Positions 54,830 through 64,000 are shown, counted from the stretch's first letter. The stretch is DNA of 64,000 bases from Candidatus Levyibacteriota bacterium (GCA_016182235.1 JACOXT010000005.1:677-64676), one strand, 5' to 3'. Program-made: numbers and translations. Notes: generated by a model from the sequence alone, not told the origin.

Positions 54830-56320
54830 ATGAGGAATGACTACGTCAAGGTAATTAAAGATTATATTGCTCAAAAACCGGAATATAAATTCACTCTTAA
54901 TGAACTGAAGAATGATGTTGTCAGTGCGGGGGCAACAGAAGAAGAGTTTGAAGAAGCAGTTAAACAGGCAACTGGTTATCATCCTTCAATGCTTCAGCAA
55001 TCGTTAAATAACCTTCAAGAGCCGTTAGCGCAAAAACAATATAAAGCCACATCGCTTATCTCAAAAATTATTCATTCGATTTCATTGAGAGAGCGTTTGC
55101 TTATCTATTTATTCGCGTCTATTTTACTTTTCGTATCGTCTTTAATTAACGTGTTTGGCTCTTATACCAGGATGAAGCCTCAAGAAAACCTTGTAAGTAT
55201 ACCTACGCCCACTTTAGTACAACATCCTCTCAACATTGTTAGGGAAGTCTATGCCAACCTAAGACCTATTGACCCCTCAAGAGCATTTTCTACCCCAAAA
55301 TCCAATGTGCCCCTAGCAGTAAACTCCAAACCCAAAAAAGAAGTATTTGGTTTTCTCCCATATTGGATGCTTCCTAAGGGAGGAGAGATTGACTTAAGTC
55401 TTTTGACGTCTGTCAGCATATTTGGACTAGAAGTGGATGGGGAAGGAAACATAGTTACAGTTGGCTCAACAAACGAGGTAGATAAAGGATGGGAAATGTG
55501 GAAAGACCCGACGCTTGATCAATTTATAGGAAGAGCCCGAGACAAAAATATTAAGATTTTTCTAACTATAAAAGCATTCAGCAATAATAATATCGAAAAA
55601 CTTGTCCTTTCTGATGACGCGCAAAAAGCCTTAATTGCCAACTCGCTGTATTTATTTAGCTCCAAAAATCTAAATGGAATAAATCTTGACTTTGAGTATG
55701 TTGGAAAGCCAGGGGAAAATATAAGAGATGGATTCACTCGCCTGGTAACAAATTTAAATGCCGAATTAAAACGCCAATACCCTAAATCTCAGCTAACGCT
55801 AGATACCTACATTAGAGAAGGTAATGTACCTGGACTTTTTGATCTGAAGCTTCTGGAAGCTCAAGTAGACGCATTTGTAGTTATGGGTTACGATTTTAAT
55901 ACTCCTGATGGGACTGCCGGACCTATTGCTCCAATGGGAGGAGAGATAAATATGGTGGGATCAATGCAGGGTTATCTAGAGAAGGTGCCAGCTGACAAAC
56001 TTATACTTGCTGTTCCCTATTATGGATATGGCTGGCCAACAAAGGATGCCGGCGACGTGGCAATTCTTCCGTATTCCGTAATCATAGCCGAAAGTAAAAA
56101 ACATACGACAATTTGGAACGAGACCTGGCAAACTCCCTCATTTACTTATGTTGACAATGGAGTTGAGCGTACCGCGCATTTTGATAATGTCCGATCTATG
56201 GGAATTAAATTCGATTATGTGAACGCCAAAAACCTAAAAGGTATTGGGATCTGGGCTCTTGGATACGATGGCTATAATTCGGACTTACAAAGATTAATAA
56301 TTGACAAATTCGCGAATTAG
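54830..56320 (+). CDS. membrane-anchored glycoside hydrolase family 18 protein
   Basis: TM (LLIYLFASILLFVSSLINVF), GH18 core VFGFLPYW, LNGINLDFEYV (DxxDxDxE-type catalytic box), MGYDF, PYYGYGW, GIGIWALGYD. Confidence 0.85.
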   Translation: MRNDYVKVIKDYIAQKPEYKFTLNELKNDVVSAGATEEEFEEAVKQATGYHPSMLQQSLNNLQEPLAQKQYKATSLISKIIHSISLRERLLIYLFASILLFVSSLINVFGSYTRMKPQENLVSIPTPTLVQHPLNIVREVYANLRPIDPSRAFSTPKSNVPLAVNSKPKKEVFGFLPYWMLPKGGEIDLSLLTSVSIFGLEVDGEGNIVTVGSTNEVDKGWEMWKDPTLDQFIGRARDKNIKIFLTIKAFSNNNIEKLVLSDDAQKALIANSLYLFSSKNLNGINLDFEYVGKPGENIRDGFTRLVTNLNAELKRQYPKSQLTLDTYIREGNVPGLFDLKLLEAQVDAFVVMGYDFNTPDGTAGPIAPMGGEINMVGSMQGYLEKVPADKLILAVPYYGYGWPTKDAGDVAILPYSVIIAESKKHTTIWNETWQTPSFTYVDNGVERTAHFDNVRSMGIKFDYVNAKNLKGIGIWALGYDGYNSDLQRLIIDKFAN

Positions 56321-56332
56321 AATGATTTATCA

Positions 56333-57142
56333 TCATCCATTATTGTTGAGACGTGGATTAATAAGCATATATCCGATTCCATTTACTGCAACTAAGTACT
56401 CAGAGCTTCTTCCTTTTTTATCTGGATCCAACTTGTCTCTCAAGAGCTGGATTTGTTTTCTTACATTAATTTTAGGATCACGACCGTTGCCCTCGTCTTC
56501 CCACAAATCGTTAAGTTTCTCATGCGTTACAGTTGTGTTAGAGTGTCTAGACAAAAAATCCAGAATTGCATTTTCTATTGGGGTCAAAAAAGTCTCTGTC
56601 TCTCCTATAACCGCAAGATGTTTTTCTGGATAATATGTAAATCCGGGATGATGATATACCTCCTCTTCCAAACTTTCCTGCGATAACTCCTTTTCTATAG
56701 GCGGTCTGCTTGAGTCATTAAGCATATAACCGGCTTTAGCACGCGACGTGATAATTCTGGGGTTTTGGGGATCAGCTTCAATCTTATCTCTCAATCTATC
56801 AATATTTTTTTTTACACTATCTAATGAGTATCCTTCACCAAATACGCTTTCAAGTAACTCCGCTTTGCTTCTAAATTTATTTGGCATTTTTTCCAATTCA
56901 ATCAAAAGCTCGTTTTCTCTGGACGAAAGAAGACTTTTTCCTCCTGACCCAAAAACGACATTTCGGGTTTCGTGATTATGAGAAAACAGCGGATGATAGT
57001 AAATTCCTTCAATGTCTTTCAGCTGTTCGGGAGTTGTGCCTTTTTTTCGCATTTCCGAAGCCGCATCCATCAATAGTCTTTGAGCATCTTTAAAACCACG
57101 CAAGCCAAACTGACCTGCTAGCGCTTCTACATTACTAACCAT
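56333..57142 (-). CDS. DNA-binding protein with two tandem OmpR/PhoB-type winged-helix domains, no receiver domain
   Basis: repeat 1 ..SSRENELLIELEKMP..SKAELLESVFGE..VKKNIDRLRDKIE..PRIITSRAKAGYML; repeat 2 ..TPIENAILDFLSRH..THEKLNDLWED..VRKQIQLLRDKLD..YLVAVNGIGYMLI. Confidence 0.65.
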   Translation of the reverse strand: MVSNVEALAGQFGLRGFKDAQRLLMDAASEMRKKGTTPEQLKDIEGIYYHPLFSHNHETRNVVFGSGGKSLLSSRENELLIELEKMPNKFRSKAELLESVFGEGYSLDSVKKNIDRLRDKIEADPQNPRIITSRAKAGYMLNDSSRPPIEKELSQESLEEEVYHHPGFTYYPEKHLAVIGETETFLTPIENAILDFLSRHSNTTVTHEKLNDLWEDEGNGRDPKINVRKQIQLLRDKLDPDKKGRSSEYLVAVNGIGYMLINPRLNNNG

Positions 57143-57757
57143 AAATCAATCGGAAGATTATAGCAAAAAACAATCTGATTTACAAACCCCTAACTTGTCC
57201 CCCGATATTAAAAAATTTAAAATATTTGGAGAATTAAGAGTATGCAAATTTAAGGCTAAAAGTCCCATAGTAGGGGATTGATGACAAACTCGTTTTTAGA
57301 AGAATAATATGATGCAAAGAGAGTGTCTCGAATTACAGAGCTAAAAATTAACAATATTTCGGTCTAATTAAAAAGAAGGAAAAAAGGTCTTCTCCGGCAT
57401 CTTAGCCTACGCTACGTCGTAAAAGTATTATTGTGCGACATAATCAATTTCCCTCCTATTATTGCTAACGTCAGTTAAATTTTAAAAGCGTTAACGTCTT
57501 CCGGTAGAGAACGATTTATCTCAACACTGCTAAGCCCTTCTACCTCTATAAAGCTCAGTCTTTGTCTGATAAATCTTTTTATATTACATCTCTTTGTGGG
57601 CGTGCTTCTCCTTCTCTCAAATACATGTTGATTTAGCTTGAATTATCAGTCTAAACGTATCATTTAAGCTTCGAAAATACTGAAAAACAACATTCGTATT
57701 TTTTTCTTTAGAAATAGTTTACGATTTACAAGGTAGAGAGTAAATATTGTTTCTTAT

Positions 57758-57826
57758 GTCCGCCATAGCTCGCTCTTTAAGCCGCGTTACGAATAGTAGC
57801 TAAGGCGAAAACAAGAGCTGGCGGAC
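57758..57826. repeat. 69-bp GC-rich palindromic element in the long non-coding gap
   Basis: gtccgccatagctc (57758-57771) pairs with gagctggcggac (57815-57826) with a 2-nt bulge; similar size class to the elements at 15537 and 31076. Confidence 0.55.
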
Positions 57827-58029
57827 TAACAAGAAGTATAGTCTTTGTGAAAATTTACCTAAAAGTCCGTGAAAATTACAAGTTATCCACATTCTGCGAA
57901 GCAAAATTTTGACTAATTAAGTCCTATAATATAATTTACCGACTACATCAGACTATATCACCTTCTCTATTTCCTGCGCGGTGTAAATTCGAACCCTATC
58001 CTCTCCTCTATCATGAGGTCACATGTATT

Positions 58030-58896
58030 TTATGAGGCTCTTAAGCTAAAAGTTACAAATACAATAAAAACAATTACAGCCACCCAAACATACTCCCACA
58101 TAACAGCCTTAAAAAGCCTCCTATCAATCCAGTTCTGCGATAAGCCAATAAATATATAAAACAAACTGCTTAAGAAAAGAGCGATTATAGTTGGTGATGC
58201 AGGCCAAAACCACAATGCTAATGCTGTCTCAACCAAGCTTACTGACAGTAAGGATATCCATAGAAACCTCGAGAACAAATTACTGTCCAAGACGTGAGTC
58301 CAAAGTGAGTACAAAACAAGAGGAATGGTGAAGCAAAAAATTAAAGCTAGTGTCAAAAAAATATTTAGACGCAAAGATATAACTACATTCGATAGGAAAA
58401 AATAGGATACAAGTGTAACTGAGAAAGAGACTGTCCGAGCAGAAGAAAGGAGAGCGATTGTCCTAACCGAAGATACAATAAAGATGTTGACGCTCAAAAG
58501 TAGAGAATAAAGACCTATCGCGTAAAAAGAAGTCATGATAATTCTTGTTAGGAAGCGAGCAGGGACTAGAAAATAAAATAATGAAACCGAAAGGCTGTAC
58601 AGAAAAGGAAGAATAAAAATTTGAGGATAAAATTTATTCTTGAGATCGGGTGCTAAAATCCAAAATATAAATAAATCCGTTAGGATAGGAAGAATGATTG
58701 CAACATATACTCCCGATTTCCCGAATAATTGTTCCGACCAAAATAGTACAAGGGATAAAAATACAACAACAATTATAAATTTTTGCCTTTTTGAAATTAT
58801 AAAAATGGGGTTATTCTTTTTTGAGATTCTGCTTAATGAGAAATTTCTCTTTAAAGAACTATTCCTTGAGATTCGAATAAACTTTTTGAACATCAT
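58030..58896 (-). CDS. polytopic integral membrane protein, unknown function
   Basis: 288-aa ORF with about 8 hydrophobic segments; overlaps the yebC-like gene end by 38 nt, so the start is uncertain. Confidence 0.6.
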   Translation of the reverse strand: MMFKKFIRISRNSSLKRNFSLSRISKKNNPIFIISKRQKFIIVVVFLSLVLFWSEQLFGKSGVYVAIILPILTDLFIFWILAPDLKNKFYPQIFILPFLYSLSVSLFYFLVPARFLTRIIMTSFYAIGLYSLLLSVNIFIVSSVRTIALLSSARTVSFSVTLVSYFFLSNVVISLRLNIFLTLALIFCFTIPLVLYSLWTHVLDSNLFSRFLWISLLSVSLVETALALWFWPASPTIIALFLSSLFYIFIGLSQNWIDRRLFKAVMWEYVWVAVIVFIVFVTFSLRAS

Positions 58897-59587
58897 CTAA
58901 TTCCTCTATCTTTCTTATAAAACCATGTATTCTCTCCAACTTTTCTCTATCTGAAACTGGTATGAGAACTAAAGGCTTCCTAACAATTGAAGCCCCTTCT
59001 ATCTTTATACCTTTTGCCAAAAGTTTATCCCGAACCTGCGAAAGGTCAGAAAAAGACGTAGTTATTATTGCTTTATCAGCATCCCCATTCTCTATATCCT
59101 CAGCCCCGCTCTCGGCAGCCGCCTCGAATAATTCATCCATAGATCTGCCTTCCAATGCAACAGTAATTTGCCCCTTTTGCTCAAACTGGTGAGAAACTGA
59201 GCCCGGTTGGCCAAAGCTTGCCCCTTCCCTATTGAAAATGCTTTTAATCTCACTAGTCGTTCTTTGGGAATTATCTGTCGCGGCCTCAATAATAAGACTT
59301 ACCCCCTCAGGGGCAAAACCTTCATATATTACTTCTTCAACCGCCTCAGTACCCTTCCCAGTTCCCCTATCTATAGCTCTTTCAATATTCTCTTTGGGCA
59401 TGTTCGCTCCCCTAGCTTCATCCATTGCAAGCCGAAGTCTGAAATTATTGTCTGGATCTGTAATTCCGCCTCCCCTTTTCACTGCAATTGTAATTGCGTT
59501 AGATAGTTTGGTGAAAGTCAATCCCCTTTTAAGATCTGCCGCTCCTTTTTGTCTTTTTATAGTTGCCCACTTTGAATGTCCACTCAT
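58859..59587 (-). CDS. yebC: YebC/PmpR-family transcriptional regulator
   Basis: MSGHSKWATIKRQKGAADLKRGLTFTKL, RLAMDEARGANMPKENIERAI. Confidence 0.92.
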   Translation of the reverse strand: MSGHSKWATIKRQKGAADLKRGLTFTKLSNAITIAVKRGGGITDPDNNFRLRLAMDEARGANMPKENIERAIDRGTGKGTEAVEEVIYEGFAPEGVSLIIEAATDNSQRTTSEIKSIFNREGASFGQPGSVSHQFEQKGQITVALEGRSMDELFEAAAESGAEDIENGDADKAIITTSFSDLSQVRDKLLAKGIKIEGASIVRKPLVLIPVSDREKLERIHGFIRKIEELDDVQKVYSNLKE

Positions 59588-59630
59588 AAGTCTCTAACTA
59601 GTTTAGACTCTTTATTATATAGCTAGTTTA

Positions 59631-59659
59631 TTGACTTTTGCAAGAAATGGGAGTATTAT
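59631..59659 (+). promoter_or_regulatory. sigma70-type promoter TTGACT-17-TATTAT
   Basis: ttgact 59631-59636, tattat 59654-59659, ATG 59679 (19-nt gap, so short leader rather than leaderless). Confidence 0.45.
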
Positions 59660-59678
59660 TGTTTCATCTTACACCCAA

Positions 59679-60404
59679 ATGACACTGAAAGATAAAGCAA
59701 TTGAAGCAATGCTTTTAGGCAACTGGCAAAATGCAACCTCACTAAACAAAAGCCTTCTTAAAGAAGACCCCGACAACATAGATACTCTTAATCGTCTTGC
59801 TTATGCATTTACGGTTCTTGGTAAATTTAAAGACGCAAAATCTATCTACAGAAAAGTGCTTCGGCTTGATAATTTGAATCAAATAGCGATCAGGAACATA
59901 AAGAGATTGTCAGAGGTAAGTGTTAAAAAACGTCTTAAAAACGGAGCAAGTAACTTTAGATATGTAAATCATGCTTTCCTTGAAGAAACTGGAAAGACAA
60001 AAATAATTTCTCTAGTAAATTTAGCTCCTCCTAAAATTATTGGATTACTGACGGCTGGTCAATCTCTTATAATTTGTATAAAACGATCCAAGATATTCGT
60101 CCAAGACCACTATAAGCAGTATTTAGGGGTATTGCCAGACGACATTGGAAGAAGACTTATCAAACTGATAAAAGGCGGAAATCAATATACGGCGTATGTC
60201 AAATCTGCAAACGAACACAATGTTACTATTTTCATAAAAGAAGTGAAAAGAGCCTCTCGCTACAAAGATCACCCTTCCTTTCTGCAGACAAGCGATCAGG
60301 ACCTTAATTTATCAAAAGGCAAAGGTAAAATAAAAAATTACAAAAAACCTAAAGTAGACTATAATGAAAGAGATCATTTTTTGGAAGACGAAGATGTGTC
60401 TTGA
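59679..60404 (+). CDS. TPR-repeat protein
   Basis: AIEAMLLGNWQNATSLNKSLLKEDPDNIDTLNRLAYAFTVLGKFKDAKSIYRKVLRLD is a TPR-like pair; the track start TTG 59631 coincides with a -35 box, ATG 59679 preferred. Confidence 0.6.
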   Translation: MTLKDKAIEAMLLGNWQNATSLNKSLLKEDPDNIDTLNRLAYAFTVLGKFKDAKSIYRKVLRLDNLNQIAIRNIKRLSEVSVKKRLKNGASNFRYVNHAFLEETGKTKIISLVNLAPPKIIGLLTAGQSLIICIKRSKIFVQDHYKQYLGVLPDDIGRRLIKLIKGGNQYTAYVKSANEHNVTIFIKEVKRASRYKDHPSFLQTSDQDLNLSKGKGKIKNYKKPKVDYNERDHFLEDEDVS

Positions 60405-60542
60405 TATAAAACTCGTCCTCTTTCCAATTTCTTCTTAACATCATCGATATGAGACTTATTATTCAAATTTTTAAGTGAGACCAATGATAATACTACAGAG
60501 ATAACAGCAATTATAATAATTATAACCCAGATATTCATAAAA

Positions 60543-61349
60543 CTAGAAAGGAAGAGACTCTATGTTGTCCTCCCCTATCATTATGGTAATATCCGCAATC
60601 GTCCCATCTGAAATTTTAGCTGTTTTAAAATTCAATATTTTACTTAGCCTTTCAACAGTATAGCCTTTTTCATCAACATACGAAATTATTGAAGAACGCT
60701 TTAGATCATTTCCTGTCGCAACAAGTATTACATCACCGCCCATATTGGTAATAAGTCTTGCCAATCTATTTCCCAAACCCGCAACGTCAGTCGCGTTAAT
60801 AATCTGTATTGTTTTTCGATCTTTTGCTATCAACTCATCCTTAAATAGTTCTCCTACAATATTATCAACTCTATCCTTACTTAAATCTTGAGAAATTGTT
60901 CTTTCATAAATCCCACTTTCCGGTAATTGCTTAGCAAATGCAAAAAGTTTTAATATGTCTAATATTGTAAGATTTGTTTGTAATTTAGAATAATTTAAGA
61001 TCATCTTAAGAAGTATTGAATCCAACTTTTGATCAATTTCCAAAGATTTTTCAAGAACAAAAGCGTCAACGGGGATCGCCAAAGACTTACTTAAGGTTTT
61101 GGAATCTAAACTCTCATTCAATTTCAATATTGACATAGAACGAGACATTGGCGAGAAAGAAAAAACGCGAGTACTTTTACTGTCTGAAACTGTCATCGTA
61201 AATCTTTGTCGATCGTCAAATTGGCTTTGTCGAACTATTAAAATTAATTTTGATACCAAAGAAATTGCTATAATAAATACAACAAATCCGACAAATATTA
61301 TCGCGACTTTTGTGTTATTTTTTTTCCTGAGGTGTTTTTTTTTCCTCAT
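60543..61349 (-). CDS. LytR_C-domain membrane-anchored protein
   Basis: N-terminal TM (VAIIFVGFVVFIIAISLV); C-terminal IQIINATDVAGLGNRLARLITNMGGDV resembles the LytR C-terminal domain. Confidence 0.55.
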   Translation of the reverse strand: MRKKKHLRKKNNTKVAIIFVGFVVFIIAISLVSKLILIVRQSQFDDRQRFTMTVSDSKSTRVFSFSPMSRSMSILKLNESLDSKTLSKSLAIPVDAFVLEKSLEIDQKLDSILLKMILNYSKLQTNLTILDILKLFAFAKQLPESGIYERTISQDLSKDRVDNIVGELFKDELIAKDRKTIQIINATDVAGLGNRLARLITNMGGDVILVATGNDLKRSSIISYVDEKGYTVERLSKILNFKTAKISDGTIADITIMIGEDNIESLPF

Positions 61350-61370
61350 AGGCAGTTAGACTCTGACCAC

Positions 61371-61514
61371 TTATTTAGGCGGATTTTTTTTAGAGATTAT
61401 TTCCGGCATCGAAAAAGTTGGCGCGCCCATACCTATAGAAGTTGAAATTTTTTTGACTTCGTCTTTTTTCTTTTTCTTTTTTTCGCCTTTGTAAAATCCC
61501 CCAAAACTCCCCAT
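61371..61514 (-). CDS. small Lys-rich protein (47 aa), not in the ORF track
   Basis: ggaggtg SD 5 nt upstream of ATG 61514; MGSFGGFYKGEKKKKKKDEVKKISTSIGMGAPTFSMPEIISKKNPPK; directly upstream of the LytR_C gene. Confidence 0.4.
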   Translation of the reverse strand: MGSFGGFYKGEKKKKKKDEVKKISTSIGMGAPTFSMPEIISKKNPPK

Positions 61515-61574
61515 ATAATCACCTCCTAAGCTTAAATTATCCATTATTAATAATAACAGATTGATTCATTTTGA

Positions 61575-62321
61575 TCAATTAACCACAGAAGATAGGCGTG
61601 AAATGAAATCTTGAAGCTCTTGAGGCAAATTAGACTCGAATGAAATCATCTTACCATTTTTTGGATGGTAAAAGGAGATTTTGGATGCATGTAAAAATAT
61701 GCGGGATAAGAGCTTTCTGTCAACTTTTGATGTCTTTCTTCCTGCATAAAGAGGGTCAGCAAAAACCGGGTGGTTTATGTATTTTAAATGCACCCTAATC
61801 TGATGCGTCCTCCCAGTCTTAGGATAAAGTTCAAGCAAACTTAAAGGCTCTCTATTTTTTCCCGATACATAATACATAATACTTAATACTTTATACTTCG
61901 TCACGGCTTCTCTTCCCCCGGCAACTACCCCAAATCTTCTCCTATTCCATGGCAACCTCCCTACCGAAACATTAATCTCACCCTCATTTTTTTCTATTTT
62001 TCCATGAACTAATGCAAGATATGTTTTTTTGACTTTTCTCTCTTTAAATTGAGATTGCAGATTATCAAAGCTATCAGGAGTTTTGGCGACAATCAGAATT
62101 CCCGAGGTCTCCTTATCAAGCCTATGAACAATCCCTGCCCGTTTATAAAAATCCGATTCCTCATCAATTGAAAATTGAAAATTGAAAATTGAAAATTTAT
62201 CTTCCACCCAATCCTGTACCGTCCTCTCCCCTTTTGTTGTATCAGATCTATTCACAACAACTCCTGACGGCTTGTCCAAAACCAAAATATCATGATCCTC
62301 GTACAAAATCTTTATCTCCAT
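61575..62321 (-). CDS. RluA-family pseudouridine synthase (RluD-like, no S4 domain)
   Basis: ILYEDHDILVLDKPSG, HRLDKETSGILIVAK (catalytic Asp), THQIRVHL; contains an in-frame heptanucleotide array. Confidence 0.88.
   Translation of the reverse strand: MEIKILYEDHDILVLDKPSGVVVNRSDTTKGERTVQDWVEDKFSIFNFQFSIDEESDFYKRAGIVHRLDKETSGILIVAKTPDSFDNLQSQFKERKVKKTYLALVHGKIEKNEGEINVSVGRLPWNRRRFGVVAGGREAVTKYKVLSIMYYVSGKNREPLSLLELYPKTGRTHQIRVHLKYINHPVFADPLYAGRKTSKVDRKLLSRIFLHASKISFYHPKNGKMISFESNLPQELQDFISRLSSVVN
62166..62198. repeat. heptanucleotide tandem repeat aaaattg x4, in frame inside the RluA-family gene
   Basis: ttg at 62168, 62175, 62182, 62189; translated (minus strand) ..FSIFNFQFSID.. Confidence 0.8.
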
Positions 62322-63025
62322 TAATTTTTTCTAATTTTAAAAACCTTCGACAGCAAATTTTCCTGCATTATCAAAAAGACTAGGGACGAAATCAGCATAA
62401 TCAAAAAAATAACGTTTTCCAAAGTCAATATTTCTTTAAAATCCCTTACTGTATTTGAAATAATACTTACTAATGAAAAACATACGAGAAATAAGAATGT
62501 AATTGTTCCATCCTTGAATTTATGGTTAAGCATTTGAGGCAGAAATATTTTCCAAAAAATTGCAAATAAGATTATGTAAACAGCCATAAGACTAATCGTT
62601 CTTATAAGTGAGGACATTTCTTCTGCGAACATAAAATAGCCCAGAAATCCAACCGGCAGTGTAATCAAAAATCCTACTGAAAAAAAATCAGACATCCTTC
62701 CTAACGGCAAAGGGTTCTTCTTATTGAGTGAGAGAATCAAGTAAAATACTACAGCCCCAATTACACCCCCAACAAGAGAAAGTCCCGGAAAATAAGGAAA
62801 AAGTAAAAAAACAAAAGGGTTTAGCAGAATTTGTTTTGCGTGAAACAAACCATAAAAAAAACGAGCTCCCAAAAGACAAAACAGGCTTCCTATAAAAATT
62901 ATATTAAAAAATCTCTCCATAGATATGTTCTTTCTAAGAAAAACAAGATCATCTTTAGCCAGATAATATTCACAAAATAAGAAAATGAAAAGACAAACTA
63001 CCAAAAAGAAAATGAAAAATTGCAT
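62321..63025 (-). CDS. Lgt-like integral membrane protein (possible prolipoprotein diacylglyceryl transferase)
   Basis: LLGARFFYGL and GLSLVGGVIGAVVF resemble Lgt N-terminal motifs, but the GR.GN..N.E box was not seen. Confidence 0.4.
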   Translation of the reverse strand: MQFFIFFLVVCLFIFLFCEYYLAKDDLVFLRKNISMERFFNIIFIGSLFCLLGARFFYGLFHAKQILLNPFVFLLFPYFPGLSLVGGVIGAVVFYLILSLNKKNPLPLGRMSDFFSVGFLITLPVGFLGYFMFAEEMSSLIRTISLMAVYIILFAIFWKIFLPQMLNHKFKDGTITFLFLVCFSLVSIISNTVRDFKEILTLENVIFLIMLISSLVFLIMQENLLSKVFKIRKN

Positions 63026-63028
63026 ATG

Positions 63029-64000
63029 TTATTTTGAAAAAAAGAAGACTATGCTTAAAATTACCATTAGAATTCCAACCCCCAGTATAACAGTTCCAAC
63101 ACCAAGGATATCTGCCAATCCCCCTGAAAGAATAACGGGAATAAATGATACGGCGCCAACCAATGCGTTTAGAAATCCATATATTCTTCCTCTCATCTCT
63201 TGTCCCGTCTCGATCTGAATAGTTGCGTTGGAGGGAATAAACACAAGAGAAATCGAGAAACCGATTATAAAAGCCAAAGCTATGATTATATGTAAAATTG
63301 TAATATGTAGTATTGAAGGGAGATAGGAATTCAGAACGTAAACAAACTCACGAGACGCGAACTGACTGCCAAACGGCAGCAAAATAAAAGCAATCCCAAC
63401 CATCAAAAACCCTATAGCGCTCAAACGTGTTTGCTTATATTTTTTGCCAATACTGCCCAGGAGAATAACGCCAATGCCCATTCCAACTCCTGCTGGAGCA
63501 ATAAGAATCCAAGAGAGACTCTCTAAGGGTGAAGAAAGGATTGTCGTGACGTATCCAGGACCAAGTACCGCGAATGTGAACATTACAGCTTGAGCAATGG
63601 TCAGCATCAAAAGAGCGTGCATAACTTTTCTAGCACGCCTTATAAAAGAGAATATTTCTCTTGTTTCGTAAGCTATAGAAATAGATTTGGAGACATATTG
63701 CTCTCGGACGTAGCTTTTGTTTCTAGTTGAAAATTTAATAGCAGCAACAAAAATGGTACTTATAAAAAAGAATAGCGATAGAAAAATAATTGTGTTATTT
63801 TTTCCTATCAGAATAAGTATGGGTCCAGATAATATATATCCTAAAAGTACCGTAGAATAAAGCCCAAACACAAATACCGCGTTGCCCGGGATTATAAGTT
63901 TTTTTGGAATCAGTTGCGGGATGATTGCGGTTTCTGCTGGAATAAAAAATTGGGTCGCAATAGCAATCAAAAACACTAATATGTACATGTATCCTATATG
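63029..64000 (-). CDS. MFS-type transporter, C-terminal portion (5' end probably beyond the window edge)
   Basis: multiple TM helices; ATQFFIPAETAIIPQLIPKKLIIPGNAV resembles the TM3-4 region of MFS_3/EntS-like exporters, so Met 63988 is probably internal. Confidence 0.65.
   Translation of the reverse strand, partial: HIGYMYILVFLIAIATQFFIPAETAIIPQLIPKKLIIPGNAVFVFGLYSTVLLGYILSGPILILIGKNNTIIFLSLFFFISTIFVAAIKFSTRNKSYVREQYVSKSISIAYETREIFSFIRRARKVMHALLMLTIAQAVMFTFAVLGPGYVTTILSSPLESLSWILIAPAGVGMGIGVILLGSIGKKYKQTRLSAIGFLMVGIAFILLPFGSQFASREFVYVLNSYLPSILHITILHIIIALAFIIGFSISLVFIPSNATIQIETGQEMRGRIYGFLNALVGAVSFIPVILSGGLADILGVGTVILGVGILMVILSIVFFFSK

Noticed and set aside
56301-57093. Plus-strand ORFs 56301-56633, 56453-56686, 56748-56975, 56881-57093
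   Set aside because: They are antisense to the tandem-wHTH regulator gene, with hydrophobic low-complexity translations typical of shadow frames in AT-rich DNA.
57257-57275. ggctaaaagtcccatag, which resembles the RNase P RNA P4/J3-4 motif GGAAAGUCCGGGCUCCAUAG
   Set aside because: No complementary 3' P4 strand (GGACUUU-type followed by the conserved ACAGAA context) occurs on the same strand, and the rest of the conserved core is absent.
57984-57998. gggttcgaat (minus strand), which resembles a tRNA/tmRNA T-loop
   Set aside because: The flanking bases cannot form a T-stem (taggg versus ttaca). No acceptor stem or CCA context was found on either strand.

Overview
AT-rich, very gene-dense bacterial chromosomal fragment. 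Gene content and architecture suggest a reduced-genome Patescibacteria/CPR-type organism, but that is inference only. The cues are domain-reduced aaRS genes, a secretin-less type IV pilus cluster, FemX/MurF-like wall genes, and promoters placed so that mRNAs would be leaderless. Backbone in order: a 2-hydroxyacid dehydrogenase fragment; thrS-infC-rpmI-rplT-[4.2 kb insertion]-pheS-pheT; class A PBP; tyrS; purH; recG; rpmF-nusB-rnc-rpsP-KH-trmD. Then a 12.6 kb minus-strand type IV pilus cluster (pilB-pilT-pilC-pilA-[RAYT on the other strand]-pilD-six pilin-like genes-pilM-pilN-pilO-like). Then holB; a split murF-like gene, a hydrolase, DegT and FemAB genes; gyrB-hyp-ppa-gyrA; folD; pyrB-carA-carB-pyrC. 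An accessory stretch follows (hypotheticals, Xer-type recombinase, GH18, tandem-wHTH regulator, 0.9 kb non-coding gap), then yebC, TPR, LytR_C, RluA-family, Lgt-like and an MFS fragment. No rRNA, tRNA or CRISPR array was recognised. Most interesting observations: (1) Two Phe-codon leader-peptide attenuators and a duplicated pheS 5' end bracket an inserted 962-aa ATP-grasp-like gene plus an M20 hydrolase. (2) A REP-associated tyrosine transposase (RAYT) is flanked by its own palindrome. Several families of GC-rich palindromic elements are also read through in frame inside essential genes (infC, pheT, purH, folD, carA, femX-like), including one identical 44-mer in opposite orientations in folD and carA. 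(3) AT-rich tandem arrays with 7-nt (and 8-nt) period occur at gene boundaries, at pilin 5' ends and inside ORFs. (4) A TGnTAnAAT-N6-8-start-codon architecture recurs, implying leaderless mRNAs. Everything was read by eye from the sequence and the ORF track. No searches or folding programs were run, so repeat boundaries, start codons and domain assignments are approximate.
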